Shown here: positions 37,317-51,469 of the stretch, piece after piece
How positions within the stretch are numbered: position 1 is the first letter of the stretch
How the letters are laid out: each line of letters begins with the position of its first letter
Origin: Octopus sinensis
Taxonomy: Eukaryota
Direction: 5' to 3'
Assembly (NCBI RefSeq): GCF_006345805.1
Contig: NC_043012.1
Location: 2,976,001-3,040,000, forward strand
Length of the DNA: 64,000 nucleotides
Made by a program: the position numbers and the translations under genes
Notes under the pieces: model-generated
Told to the model about the DNA's origin: nothing
Databases searched by the model: none
Seen by the model: only the letters and a program-made list of their open reading frames with translations

Positions 37317-40300
37317 TATATACACATTCTTTATTTTCTCTCCTTGCTTCTTTCTGTGTTCCTTTCTGTGGAGGAGCATAGGCTCAAAACATTAAAGACT
37401 TTTTCACTTCCCAAGAGTTAAACTAATACATCTGCTTGTTGTCTACACCACCTGTCTTCGTCTTTTGTTGTTGTTTTTTTATAAATTCTCCTTATATATA
37501 CTCTTTTATTTGTTTCAGTCATTTGACTGTGGCCATGCTGGAGCACCGCCTTTAGTCAAGCAAATCGACCCCAGGACTTATTCTGTTGGTCTCTTTTGCC
37601 GAACTGCTCAGTTACATGGATGTAAACACACCAGCATTGGTTGTTAAGCAATGTTGGTGAGGACAAACACAGACACACAAACATATACACACACAAACAT
37701 ATACACACACATACATATATATATGACAGGCTTCTTTTAGTTTCCATCTACGAAATCCACTCACAAGGCTTTGGTTGGCCTGAGGCTATAGTAGAAGACA
37801 CTTGCCCAAGGTACCACACAGTGGGACTGAACCCAGGCTCTAATCTGATCTGGCAGAGATTCTACAGCTGGATGCCCTTCCTAACGCCAACCACTCTGAA
37901 AGTGTAGTGGGTGCTTTAACATGCCACTGGCACGAGAGCCAGTCAAGTGGTACTGGCAACGACCATGCTCAAATGGTGTTTCTTATGTGCCACCTCCACA
38001 GGAGCCAATCCAGCGGCACTGGCAATGACCTCACTCGAATGTTTTTCACATTCCACCGGCACAAGTGCCAGTAAGGTGACGCTGGTAACAATCACGTTTG
38101 AATGATGCTTTTTACGTGCCACTGGCATGGAAGCGACTTAGCTGCTCTACCAGCAATCAGTTAGCTGCTCTAGTTGCTTGTATGGTGCCAGTCATCGAAT
38201 TTGCAAATTTGATTTGATTTTGATTTCACTTGCCTCAACAGGTCTTCGCAAGCAGAGTTTAGTGTCCAATGAAGGAAAGGTATGCATAAGTGGGCTGGTT
38301 ACACCCCTGGCATAGGCCACGGGTTATAGTCTCACTTGGCTTGCTGGGTCTTCTCACGCACTGGATATTTCCAAAGGTCTCTGTCACTAGTCATTGCCTC
38401 GGTGAGGCCTAATGTTCGAAATATATATATATATCATATCATCTTCATTATTTAATGTCAGTTTTCAATGCTGGCATGGTTTGGCTAGTTTGATAGGAGG
38501 AGCTGACTAGTCAGAGGGTCATTTGTTTTGGCATGGTTTCTAAGGTTGGATGCCTTTCTAATACCAATCACTTTACAGAGTACACTGGGTGTCGTTTATG
38601 TGGAACCAGCACAGGTGTTTTTTTTTACATGGTGTTGGCACAAGTGGTTTGTATGTGGCACCAGCATGGGTGCTGTTGACATGGTGCTGGCACGGGTGCT
38701 TTTTATGTAGTGTTGGCACGGCCAATGCCAGTGCCGCCCCGACTGGCTTCAGTGCCGGTGGCACATTAGAAAGCACCAACCAATCATGGCCGATGCCAGA
38801 CTCCCCTGGCACCTGTGCCGGTGGCACGTAAAAAGCACCCACTACACTCGCGGAGTGGTTGGTGTTAGGAAGGGCATCCAGCTGTAGAAACACTGCCAGA
38901 TCAGACTGGAGCTTGGTGCAGCCCCTGGCTTCCCAGACCCCGGTCGAACCGTCTAACCCATGCCAGCATGGAAAACGGACGTTAAACGATGATGATGATG
39001 ATATATGTCATCGTCATTTAATGTCTGTTGTCCTTGCTGGCATGTGTTGGACAGACTCCAGTCTGATTTGGCATGGTTTCTAGGGCTGGATACCTTTCCT
39101 GGCACAAACCACTTTACAGAGTGTACTGGGTACTTTTAATGTGGCACCACACAGGCGCTTTTACATGGTGCTGCACAGCTGCTTTAATGTAGCATTGCAT
39201 GCACACTTTTACATGGCACTGCCACAAGTACTTTTCACCACTAGAGGGACCAATCTTAAATACTTCTGCTGTGAAGTACAGGTCTTGAGTATGTTGTGTC
39301 TCTTGTGCTTACAAACAGATGTATAACTGCTACTGTTAAGGTTAGAGCTCCATGTAGATTATCATCCAGTCTGCTTCCAGTAAAGTAGTTTGGTTACTAT
39401 TATATCCACTAGTATTACTAGTTATGATATCAGAGCATATGTAAGAGAAATTGCAATAAACACAAGTTTATATTATTAGTTCCTATGTACGTTTCACCTC
39501 TATGGTAGTTGTTAGGAATTCTGCATCTGATATTCCAAATGCAATTGGATACTTAAGCGCAATAGGTCACCAAGGAAAATTTTATTACATTACTAGCTGG
39601 CCCCGTGCCATTAAGAATGACAACTAATTCTAGTATTTTATATATAAATATGGATGGTAAATCAAATTGATACACTTGTCAATGTTATCTAGAGGTTGTC
39701 TTTTGAGACATGACATCAATCATCGTTTGTTACTGAAAGAATGCTGGTTCATGCATAACATTGACATACGTCCCTTGTACACGCCCACACATACACACAT
39801 ATACTAACACGCAGTTGAAACGCTGTTTGATTTTTCTTTTTAGCATTGAATATTCACCATCCCGCTTCCATTGCACACACACACACACACACACACAAGC
39901 AAACATTCACATAGCTCCCTTTTACATGCACACACATACTCACTCAAGAGTTGAAACGCTGTTTGATTTTTTTCACCCCTTCCTTATTCATATGTTGTGA
40001 CGGAGAAAAACGCAAGAGTAGTATTATAATAGATGTTACAGAGAATAAGCACAGGCATAGCTGTATGGTAAAAAGTTTATTTCTGAACCACATGATTCCA
40101 GGTTCAGTTCCTCTGCATGGTACCTTTGGCAAGTGTCTTCTATAAGCACAGGCCAACCAAAGCCTTGCGAGTAAATTTGGCAGACAAAAGCTGAAAGAAG
40201 CCCACTATGTGTGTATGTATGTGTATCGTCTGTGTTCTCCTCCCCATGCTTGACAACTTATGCTGGTGTTTTTTCCTTCCCATAACTTAGTGGTTCAGTA

Positions 40301-42469
40301 AAAGTGACTGACAGAATAAGTACCAGACTTTAAAAAAATTATTGGGGTTAATTCATTCGACTAAAATCTTTCAAGGTGTTACTCCAGCATGAACACAGTT
40401 GAATGACTGAAATGGGCAAAAGACAAAGAACTAATCAGGAAACTAATTAGTTCTCTGTAACAAAACGCAACAAAATGTTCCTTGATAGTCTGTTCTCGTT
40501 AAGCATCCAATTACACATGGAACATCTAATGCAGTGTTTCAAACAACCACAATGGTGAAACATATGTAGGAACAAGTTTTATAAACTTGTGTTTATCATA
40601 ATTTCTCATATTTGAGATAATGAATCTCAGATAAAGCTATAACTAATAGCATGTAAAGATTGGGTTAAAAATCCTTTTTAATACAAGAAGTCCTCCTCCT
40701 CATCATCATTTAATATCTGTTTTCCATGCTGGCATGGGTTGGACAGTTTGACAGGACCCAGCAGGGTTGCATCAAACTCCAGTGTCAGTTTTGGCTTGGT
40801 TTCTATAGCTAGTTACCCTTCCTAATGCCAACTACTTCACAGTGTGTACTGGGTACTTTTTGTGTACTACTGGCACTAGTGAGGTTACCAAGTTATCTTG
40901 TGAGGCAAGAAAGAACAAGAAATAAGGAAAAGGTAAAGGAAAAAGCCTCCTTGGCTAAAAGGGGATGGAGTAGTCTTTGAGGGAAGGGCTTATGCAAGTT
41001 TTTGAGAGGCTAAAGTATGAGCGATTAATAAGCCTAGGTGTCTTGCTGTAGAGGAGATACATGGCTACTCCACATCATGTAAGGATGGATGGAGGTAGCT
41101 GGAATGAAGATAGAGATTGCAGTGATGAGATACTTTAGTGTCTCAAGATACAAGAAGGTGAGAGAGACAAGTGGGTCAGAAAGTAGAGGGATGATGTGCA
41201 AGGTGTAGGAGCAGTGGAGAGGGAGATGTAGAAGGAACTACAGTAAGCAAGGAATGATGGCTGAAATGAGAGGGCATTGAGAATGACAGCAAATATGAGA
41301 GGTGTTAAAATGGAATATGAGGGAGGAGAGAGAGTGGTGGTCTGGAGGCACAGAAAAAGGTAATCAGTGAAAATAGTGTAGGTAGGGATGTTGAAGGTAA
41401 GGGAAAGATGGAATTGATTCCAGTTGGGTGCTAACTGGAAGCGCAAAGGTGTAGATTCTGCTCTCAAATGATTACAGCGGCTAAGTAGTATCATAGAGAG
41501 AGAAGTGATGGGTGTTAGGGGATGAAATGTGAGGAATGCAGGACAGGCAAAAAGAGTGGCAGGGCAGTGTCCTCCATCACACACACACACACAAACATAA
41601 CCAGGGAGGTTTTAAGACATCATTTAAATTGCTGTGGTGAACAGATTTTCTCAGGCGCAATGAATCACTAATCATCTCAGTCTTTCTCATCATCTCGTCT
41701 GTAAGGCTCCGTAACTCGAGATCAGCTTTCACTTCTTTGTCCCATATTTTCCTGGGTCTCCTTCATCCACTTTCAGCAACTGGCACTCCTTTATGAAAAT
41801 GACCTTGTTCTTGTGTATCATATGATCAAACCAGTGCAGTCTTCTCTCTTGCACATTACATGTAGTTCTGCTTATGTCTACTTTCTTTCAATATATTAAC
41901 ACTTTGTCACACCACACACTCATATAGTGTGTATGTGGGTTTGTTTTTTTGACAAATGTACTGAGATATCACTTTTAAAAGTTTAGCTGAAAATATTGAA
42001 GCCAGTGCCTATTTCAGCCTGATAGTTAATTTGTTTGCTGAGCCACTACATTATGTGGCATATAAAGATACAACACAACAAAAGATACTTGCTTATGGTA
42101 CTACTCAGTTGAATTGAACCCAGAACCATGCTGTTGTGAAGTAAACTCGTTAACCACACTGTCATGTCTGCAATTGTGTGTGTGTGTGTGGAATAAATAG
42201 ATTGACTTGTACATTATATGTGAAACACAAAATTAGAATATGAGAGCGACCTTTCAGATATCTTGTGAATTTATGTAAGCATAACAGTAAGTCTCTAGTA
42301 AAACCAGCTGATCCTCAACGATGATTGGTCAAATCAGTTGTTATTGGTCTTAGTGAATCACACAGTTGAAATTATTGCAAGCCCTAAATTAAACTGCTGA
42401 GAAGTAAGAGAAAAGTTCCATCAAAGTTTCTGTTCAATAGAGGTTGTTCACTGGTATGATTTGCAGTTA

Positions 42470-43520
42470 CTAATTTTCTCAATTTGTATCACTTGACACA
42501 GGAACCAACACCTTGGACTTTTCATTAAGAGATATCAAGGACTTTTCAGATAAGCAAAGTCTACTGTTAATGTAATTGATTAGAATATGGTGGAGTAGCT
42601 CTATCAACAATATTCCAAATTATACTAGAGAAATCATGACCTTGGTCCTTGAGTTTTTAAGTAAATACAGATAGAGAAGTGGAGTCTCTCCTGTTCCTAA
42701 ACTGATCGTATACAAATGTTGATTTTAACATTCTTCTGTGTAGTTGATATCTGATACACCTTTGGGAAGGCAAGGTTCACCAAGTTGTCAAATAGATCTT
42801 GACAATTGCAAAATATTTGTTGGGGTGGAGGAATGCATGTATGTATGATTCTGATTGTGCACCATGGGGGAGGGGAGTGATGTTATCTGGGCAAGAATAA
42901 CTAACTTTAACATTGTGTGCATTAAAAAGCTTATGGTGCACTATAAAAGGAAATTCCTGGCTATGTTGTGGAGATATCTGGGTTATAGAGTGTGGGGATT
43001 TAAATAAGATTACTTTCCTCTTCCTAACTCTCCTCTGATGTGTGTGTATGTGTAGTCGTTTACATGTAAACTGGCTTCTCAGAGCTGATTTCTGTCTAGC
43101 CCCTTGTAAAATGGTAAAGCTCAGTGAAAATGTCTTCCTGAGAGTAAGATTAGAGAGACTCCTCCTCACTCATATTGGCTACCAAGTTTCTAATTATAGT
43201 TGGTAGGGTGGGTTGATTGGGATATTTGCAGATGTTTTGCCTTCCGATAGGGCTAGTGGGTACCTGTCTTAAGATCTAATATATCTAGAAAGTTGGCTCA
43301 TGTTGGGATGTTAATAATAAGTGTATCTAAGACAAATTCCTTGAATACACTCTATCAATCACTTCTTTAAATCTGTCCCCATGGTGTGGCAGTCATATTG
43401 CATAACATTGCCAGAGTATCGTCTCTGTATAAACCTGAGCTGCCCAAATTATCTTGACTAATAAAAATGAACCTTCCTAACAGCCAATAAACAGTAGTTT
43501 TACCAGTGGTTTAGAGTTAT
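42470..43520 (-). mobile_element. Degraded Penelope-like element (RT C-terminal part, linker and endonuclease end)
   Basis: Minus GLYRDD (YRDD at 43418-43429), NFLDI, PYRK, RKRKVILFKSPHS, HKLFNAHNVKVSYSCPDNI and CLSEKSLISLNEKS; these match the PLE motifs GLYRDD / RKRNIIWFNPP / IFNRNTVKVSYSC as I recall them. Many stops. Confidence 0.85.
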
Positions 43521-45370
43521 ATCTCTATTTACAAAGTATATCTGAATGATCATACACATACCCTACATGAATATGAAGCTTTTAGTAATGTACAAATGTA
43601 TCATCAACTGCTTACTTCATATATATATAATTGATATTTAGCAGAAGCAGTAGAGTGACTTGAGGATCAAGAGTCACCCTGTTGCTTCTACAAAATATAT
43701 ATATATATATATCATCATAAAAGCCGTCTAACCCATGTTCGTACAATTTAGATGAGCTTACCATATGACATACTCTTTACATTGTTACTTCTCATATGTC
43801 ATCATCATCACTATCACTTCACATCCCTTTCCAACGCAGTGCCTCTCTACTTCTCAGAATGTTTCATCTCCTCATACACAAACATAGAAAACTGCCTGTA
43901 TTTGTTATTTGTGTCATGTGTTTGTGGCATAGTTTAGGTGCCCTTGCTGTCACCAACCATTTGGACAGAGTGCACTTTATCACGTTACAAGTACCACTAG
44001 ACAGGTTGTTTGTTCTAACAACTAAAGAGTTCTCAAACATATACCATTTCCCCACTTTTATTTCAAGTCATTGCACTCCTGCTCAAATTACAGTGTTTGT
44101 TTTCTCAGTTTCTCCTTTTTTTGAGCATGGTGTGTGTACACACTCATACACAAACACTTGCATATGTGCATATATGTATATATATATATATATATATATA
44201 GGTGTATTTCAGGAAGGTCATTTTTTTTTTGCCAAACAAATACATGCACTATATATTTGTTCTTCACTCATATATATATATGTGTGTGTGTGTGTATATA
44301 TATATATATGTGTGTGTGTGTGTATATATATATATATACTGTATATATATATATATGTGTGTGTGTATATATACATATGTATATATAGTTGTCCAATTTT
44401 CTATAAGATAGAACAGAAAACAGGAAGTGAAATATTAGGTAATAGAGTGGGTATATTATTATAATAATAATTATTATTATTATCATTATTATTAGCTATA
44501 TAATATTATAGTCTCACAACAATTAATTAATAGTGCTATAATTGTATATTAATAATAATTATATTATTAATATATATATTAAATTATATTTTTACTCAAA
44601 GTTTCACAGAAATGAGAAAAAAACACCCCTATTGTTTTAAATGAACAATCATGAGCGTGCATGTAAATACATAATCATTATTAAAATAATTAACAATAAT
44701 AATCATAAAGTTGGTGCTATGAAGAAAGCACCTAGAGTATGTTGTGAGGTGGCAGGCATTAGGAAGAGCAGCCAGCTGTTAGAAACCATGATTATTTAAT
44801 ATTCATGTTCTGTGCCAGCATTGGTAGGATGCTTTGATAAGATCCAATGGGTCCAAGGACTGCATCGTGCTCCGGTGTCTGCTTTGGCATGAATTCTGCA
44901 GCTGGCTGCCCTTCCTAATGTCAACCACTTTACAACATGCTCTGGGTGCTCTTTTTATGGCACCAACTTCAGTGAGGTCACCATTCAACTTGCAAGGATA
45001 ATTGAGTAGGGTTACAGTAGAGAGGGAGATGCTATATGCTAGGAGATAGGGGTTAAAGTATGAGAGAAATGGCTGGAGCATAACAGGTTTTTTTGTTGCT
45101 TTAGAGCAGTGTCTGCCAAACTGTGTACCACAAAAATATTTTCGGGATTTTGGGAAAAAAATGATTCAAGAACATTCACAAAGTTCAAGCATAAATGCTC
45201 CTTTACTTGTTTCAGCACCACCTTTAGTCGAGCAAATCGACCCCAGGACTTATTCTTTGTAAGCCTAGTACTTATTCTATCAGTCTCTTTTGCTGAACCA
45301 CTAAGTTACGGGGATGTAAACACACCAGTATTGGTTGTCAAGCAATGTTGGGACGACAAACACGGACACA

Positions 45371-45444
<74 letters not shown>

Positions 45445-45479
45445 AAATAAGAAAATGGAGAAATACATCGAAATCAAAT

Positions 45480-45870
45480 ATCAATAACCAGATAATACTC
45501 AATCTTTATTAAACCACTACATAAACTATAAGGTTAAACATAATAATGCAGGGTAAAACAGTGTACATAAAATAGTAATGTTATACAATAAGTAGAATAC
45601 GTATAATAGAACATAAATATAAAAATATAGACTATATCTTACAGCTGTTTCAGCCATGTAGATAAGCATGGACATGCTTATCACATGAATGAGACATGCT
45701 TATCACAAAGCCTCATTTTCTGTAGTAGAATTGTCAGGATTTTGGATTTTGCTTTGGAGCCAATATCCTTGATTAGCTACTACAACCGTTAAATCTCTGT
45801 TGCCCTTTGAATCATCATATCCTTGAGAATTAGGTATCTCTGCACTTATGGAAATGAAGTCAAAAAATCA
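45480..45870 (-). mobile_element. PLE-like terminal repeat remnant with partial hammerhead
   Basis: GAAACAGCTGTAAG (plus 45638-45651) preceded by the perfect hairpin GATAAGCATG-GA-CATGCTTATC (45661-45682); no intact CTGATGA core. Confidence 0.5.
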
Positions 45871-47112
45871 GAATGATTACAAATGGTAGATGAGGAGTTA
45901 CATATTTGTTTATCTAATTTAGAGTTGCATCTTGACAAAATTCTTTCTCAAAACCAATTGCATCCTTCTCACAAAAAACATTATTGTATTATATTACCTA
46001 TATATATATATATATATATTATATTTTATGTTCATAAAACAATGTTATTTTACTGTTACTATAATTTATTTATTTTTATTCATTCTAATTAAGTATATTC
46101 AATTTTGTTGGGATTTTTATTTGGTGTGCTGCAAAATAAATTCTCCTTGCTCAGTGTTTTGTAAGGTAAATAAGTTTGGCAGACACTACTTCAGAATAAC
46201 TTCATGACTATTCACATTATAAAGAGAGGGTGTGACCTGGATGGAGCTGGAATGAGATAAAATAGTGGTGATGAGATGTCAGGGTAAGCTTTCAAAGAAT
46301 GAGGTGAGTTGGAGTGACTGGGGACAAAAGAACAAAGAGTATGGTTGAGTAGATGTTGTAAGAGTGTATGGGAGAGGGAGAAAGGGTCAGAGATAAGAAC
46401 TAGGTGTGGGGGAGGAGTAAATATTATGAAAAAGCAGTGTTGAAGAATGGTACATATGGGGAAGAGTAGGTAACAACTGTAAAAACTGGGTTGGGTTCAG
46501 GGGTGGATGTATGAATGATGAATATGGGGTGGGAGTGACCAATAATTCGTGTTTTGGGGAGATGGGGGGGGGAATCACGGCTATACCCTGCATTCAAAAT
46601 ATTACTTATTTGTCTGTCAATATGAAACGCATTTGATGCTTCCCAAACCAAACAAAAGTTTGTTTACTATACATTGTTGCATATATGTATGAATCGATAA
46701 ATAATCTGTTTGTATTTGTGTACAAAGACATACACACACACTCCTTTATGCCTGTACACTTCTTATTTATATACAAAGCACATTTATATTCATGCTTGCA
46801 TGCTTGGGAAAGTTTCACTATGTATTTTGAGTGAAATCTCAAATCTCATTATATATTTTTTGTCTGGTTACCATTCATTGCCTTTAGCAGAGTTCTCTGT
46901 GTTACAAGCATCTGCACAAGACTCTGAGTTGCTCCCCTGCTTACGTTTATCTTACAATCAACAGTGATGACCAACAGGCGTTGAGGTTAGAAGCACACAA
47001 ATTTCACTTTTCTAGGAAGGAGGATTGATGTAATTAAAAATATAAACATATAGCAGAGGTGTTCAACTTTGGGAAACCACGAGGAGAGAAACTGAAAGTA
47101 GCCCATTCTGTA

Positions 47113-47151
<39 letters not shown>

Positions 47152-47499
47152 CCTTGTTTTGATATGGTTGTACATGAGCATCATTGTCATCCAAGTGGTG
47201 TTTGTTTGTTTCCAGTCTTTTGTGAAGACAACATGCTTGACAATAGGGGAAATATTATATTGCTTGGAAATGAGTGAGAGTTGGTAACAGGAAGAGCATC
47301 CAGGCATAGAATAATTTGCCTCAACAAATCCTGGCTGACCCATGCAAGTATGGAAAGGTGGATGTTAACATGATGATGAGTGTGTGTGTGTGTGTGTGTG
47401 TGTATGTATAAGGAAGGATACAATACATTGGGAAGTGGATAGAATGGTCACATCTGGAACATTTTGATCATGAGGCTGTTTGTTTAGAGATGATCTGGG

Positions 47500-48090
47500 A
47501 TGAAACAATAACCTGCATGTCCGCATTCCTGATACTCAGACACCCTACACATCCTGCTCTCTATTACATTCTCATATATTATATCATATCCACAAATTAT
47601 TTTTCTCACGGTCTCTTTCCTTTTACCATTAGTAGTGTTAAGTCTTCTTTCTACATCCCCAAATTCCAGTACCCCAGTCATTTCCCTCCCCACTGTCCAC
47701 CAACCTTTATGAGATTTTCTTGTCCTGAAGTTGTTGAATAATTTCAATCAGTTCAGCACTAAAGAACCTATACATGGCACAGAGCCAACACTGCATATAC
47801 TTGGTTCAATTCTTATAATCAACACAGTGGATATTCCTTGTTCTAAGTTGATTTAGCTCCATGGTCTATATTCCTTTCTGCAGTGGACTAATTATTTGCA
47901 ATTTCAGGTGCATATTAGTAAGAGTATTAAAAATGTGGATATCTTTTTACCAATTGACCATAAGCACCACTGCATCTCAGGTTCTTGGCAATTGCACAGC
48001 ATAAACATTATTGAATTTCTACTGGCTCCATTCCTACAAACTGAACAAGACCAATTTCCGGCTATTGTTGTTGTTCTGTGAGTAACTGGA
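47500..48090 (-). mobile_element. Highly decayed RTE fragment (PHD-bearing family)
   Basis: NWSCSVCRNGASRNSIMFMLC resembles RWPCSICRKGVGRNSIRCTQC of the 4391-5936 copy. Confidence 0.5.
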
Positions 48091-49654
48091 GTGTTCAATT
48101 ATATATATATATATATAAACTATTTTTCATTGCTCAGAAAATCCAAACATTCCAAATAAATTTCTATGGCACTGAGTTCTTTCCTTTTTACATTGAGAAC
48201 TTCATAACCAAAAATGGAAAATGACTGAAAGTAATACAGAAGAGAGTTCACTGCTGGGGTGAGGTGAGGGATCTTGAAATTCTTCACACCATATGTATTG
48301 TTAATTCAAAATCTATTAGACAAAAAAAAAATACTCAACCAAACATCAGACAATCTATCTGTTTACACAATCTTCACATTTCTCACTCAGACAAATCTCT
48401 CTTTCCTTTCAGTTTTGATCCATCTATTTCAAAATCCTGGTTCCTTAGCCATCACCTCTGATTGCTAAAACATTGGGTTGTGGCCATGAACAAGTCATTT
48501 AATTTCAACAACAATCTGTCACCTGCTTTAGCATCATCACTTGGCCTTTGGAATACCCTTAAAAGTGCCTCTTTCTCTTACTAGCATTTGGTGAAGGTCT
48601 CCAGTTTTTTTCGTCTCTCTTCCCCACTGGTCATGAAGGCCTTGACAAAAAATGGTTAAGGATGCTGCTCACTCTCCTTTGATTAAATCAGTGTTTCTCA
48701 AAATGGATAGTACTGCCCCTTGCCATAGGGAGACATTGGAAAATTTTATGTACAAACTGGAGTCAAAGGGAATGGTGGGAAGAGTAATAGAGGCATATAT
48801 ACTGTTGTTTAGTCTTTGGTTCTTATTTAAAAAGAAATTTTAAATGTAATATGGATAAATTGCTTGTTAATCTCAATCATAACAAGAATGGCAATAATAA
48901 TAATAATAGTGACAACATCAACAATCCTGTCTACTGTAGGGGTACAAGGCCTGAAATTTTGGGGGAGAGGGTTTAGATGATTACATCAGCCCAAGTGCTC
49001 GACTGGTACTTATTTTAATTGACCCTGAAAAGATAAAAGGCAAAGTTGACTTTGAAGGAGTTTGAACTCAGAATGTAAAGCCAAAAGAAATCCCACTAAG
49101 CATTTTGTCTTATGTGCTAATGATTCTGCCAGCTTGGCAGCTTGCCACCTCAACATCAACATCAACAATAATAATAGACTTTGTAATGTGAATAGTCAAA
49201 CAAACAAAACCGAATACAATTAACCTATGCTTATAGTGTTCATTTATAGTAAGTAGGATGGTGCTCGGATAAATAGTTACACATACCAAACTAGTGCCCG
49301 GTACTAAATTACTCTGGCCTGATTTTATGTCTGTATGCATTAAAATTTGGAAAGCAGGGTACATTGAATCATCTTAACAAGGAATGTTAAAAACATGTGA
49401 ATTAATAGAAAAAGAGTGGCAGTTCAAAATGTTTGAGAAGAGCTTCACTAAGCCATAAAGTAAAAGCAAAGAAAAAAATATCTCAGAAACCTTATTACAC
49501 TTTAGTATATCAAATGTCTAATGCACCAGTGATCTAGTAGATAACAATGTAATTTAGTTTAATTTAGGATGAAATATTTGAAGGTAAATGTTGCTGGTTT
49601 AAATCAGGGATCATACTAATTGAAACATGATATAGATGTAAATATTATGAAAAT

Positions 49655-50229
49655 GGGAACTCAGAGAGCACAAACCTCCGCCAAGGCAACACCAACATAC
49701 TCACAACGATTAGCCAGAGATGATTTTTTAAATGAGAATATCTGAAAGAAACTTGACTGCTCTCACAAATGAGAATACTAAAAAACAATGAACTTGACCA
49801 CTCTCAAAAATTAAATGAAAAAAAACCAAATTGGTAAAATAATTCAGAATCCTTGTCCGGTACCTGATCGATCCCAATGGTAATCATGGAACAAGAAGGT
49901 GCCTGTAGAAAATGTAGTAACAGTAATAAATAATTTATCGTTATCTAATACAAGCCAAAGTTAACAAATTCACCATTCAAAATAGCTACAGCCTAAAGGG
50001 AGATAATTGAGAAAGACTTGAAAGTTAACATAATATCACAGTAACAAATAATCCAGAATCCTTCTCCAGTACTGGATCAATCCCAAAATCTAATCAGTTT
50101 CAACCAGTCATGAGGCCAAACATCCCTGAAAGTTTCATCTGAATCCATCCAGACATATCTTGTCCACAGACAAACAAACAAATGTGACTGAAAACAATAC
50201 CTCTGCTTTCACCAAGGCGGAGGTAATAA
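49655..50229 (-). mobile_element. Helentron-associated non-autonomous element (HINE/DINE-1-like)
   Basis: Subterminal inverted repeats ACCTCCGCCAAGG (49674-49686) and CCAAGGCGGAGGT (50212-50224); short hairpin ACCTCTGC...GCGGAGGT at 50199-50224; (GTTT/GTCT)n next to it; no TSD. Confidence 0.7.
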
Positions 50230-50516
50230 TAGAGGCTAATGGTCTAACAAATTATTTTCTTTAATACCATGTTAGCCTAACTACTAAAGTTTTTTTGCTG
50301 AAAAGAATTATCCTCCTTTTCCCAACTTTACAGAGAGGCTGGTCAACATTGAGAAAAGTTCTTTCCACTTATATTCTTGTTTATTTTTAAGTGTTTCACA
50401 TTCAGTTTTATAGATTTTTTTTATTTTACCTTTTCCAGTTTTTCAAATCCACACATTTGCAAGTTGTTGGAACAAATGCTTTTTGCATTCTTTTTCTTCC
50501 TTTTTATTTTGTTTTA

Positions 50517-50574
<58 letters not shown>

Positions 50575-51469
50575 ATACTGCCACAGTCACTTCAGTGGGC
50601 TTTGAAATGATTGTCATATTATTATTCCAATGGACAAACATGTTTAATGTTGACCTTTAAGTAAATCTAGATGTTTGCTTTTATTTGAAAAATATCTTTT
50701 TTTAACCCAATACTTCAACGTTAACACACTTTAAATAGTTCAACAAATTCCAATATTTACAGAACAAAAACAGTAGATATAATTAGTATTTTGCCAAGTT
50801 TCTAAAAATTTTGATTCCTAAAAAACGTTTTTAATATTTTATTTGTTAGTCACAGAAGAAGAAGAGGCCAATGTCCACAGATAGTGCTGCCTTAAGACAT
50901 GGGCATACTGGGCACTTGCCAGGGACTTCATAGATCTAGAGGCCCATTCTGAATTATGTATACTGTGGCATACTGTCAATAAATAATTACTATAGAGCCC
51001 AATGAGTGAAGGTGCATGGCTCAGTGGTTAGAATATTCGGCTCATGATCATAAGGTGATGTAGTGTGTCCTTGAGCAAGACACTTTATTTCACGTTACTG
51101 CAGTCCACTCAGCTGGCAAAAATGAATTGTATCCGTAATTAAAAGGGCTAGCCTCGTCACATTCTGTGTCATGCCAAATCTATCTGAGAACTACATTAAG
51201 GGTACGTGTGTTGGTTGAGTGCAGTGCTCAGCCACTTGCACATTAATTTAATGAGCAGGCTGTTCCATTGATCAAATCAACTGGAACCTTCATCATCATA
51301 ACCAATGATATGCTGGTAAGGGCCCCAATGAATTGATTTGTTTCGGGGTCTTTATTGCAACTAAGATGATCTTTCCACTGTATTTCCAAACTGCTAGAAT
51401 GAGGAATCCGGATAACTGAGGAAGGGAGGGCATGGTTAATTCAGTTTATATTGTTGTAGATTTGTTTTG

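Noticed and set aside
40960-41600. 151-aa minus ORF in purine-rich sequence (similar tract at 46200-46600)
   Set aside because: Probably an old retroelement relic, but no diagnostic motif could be read; the compositional bias explains the open frame.
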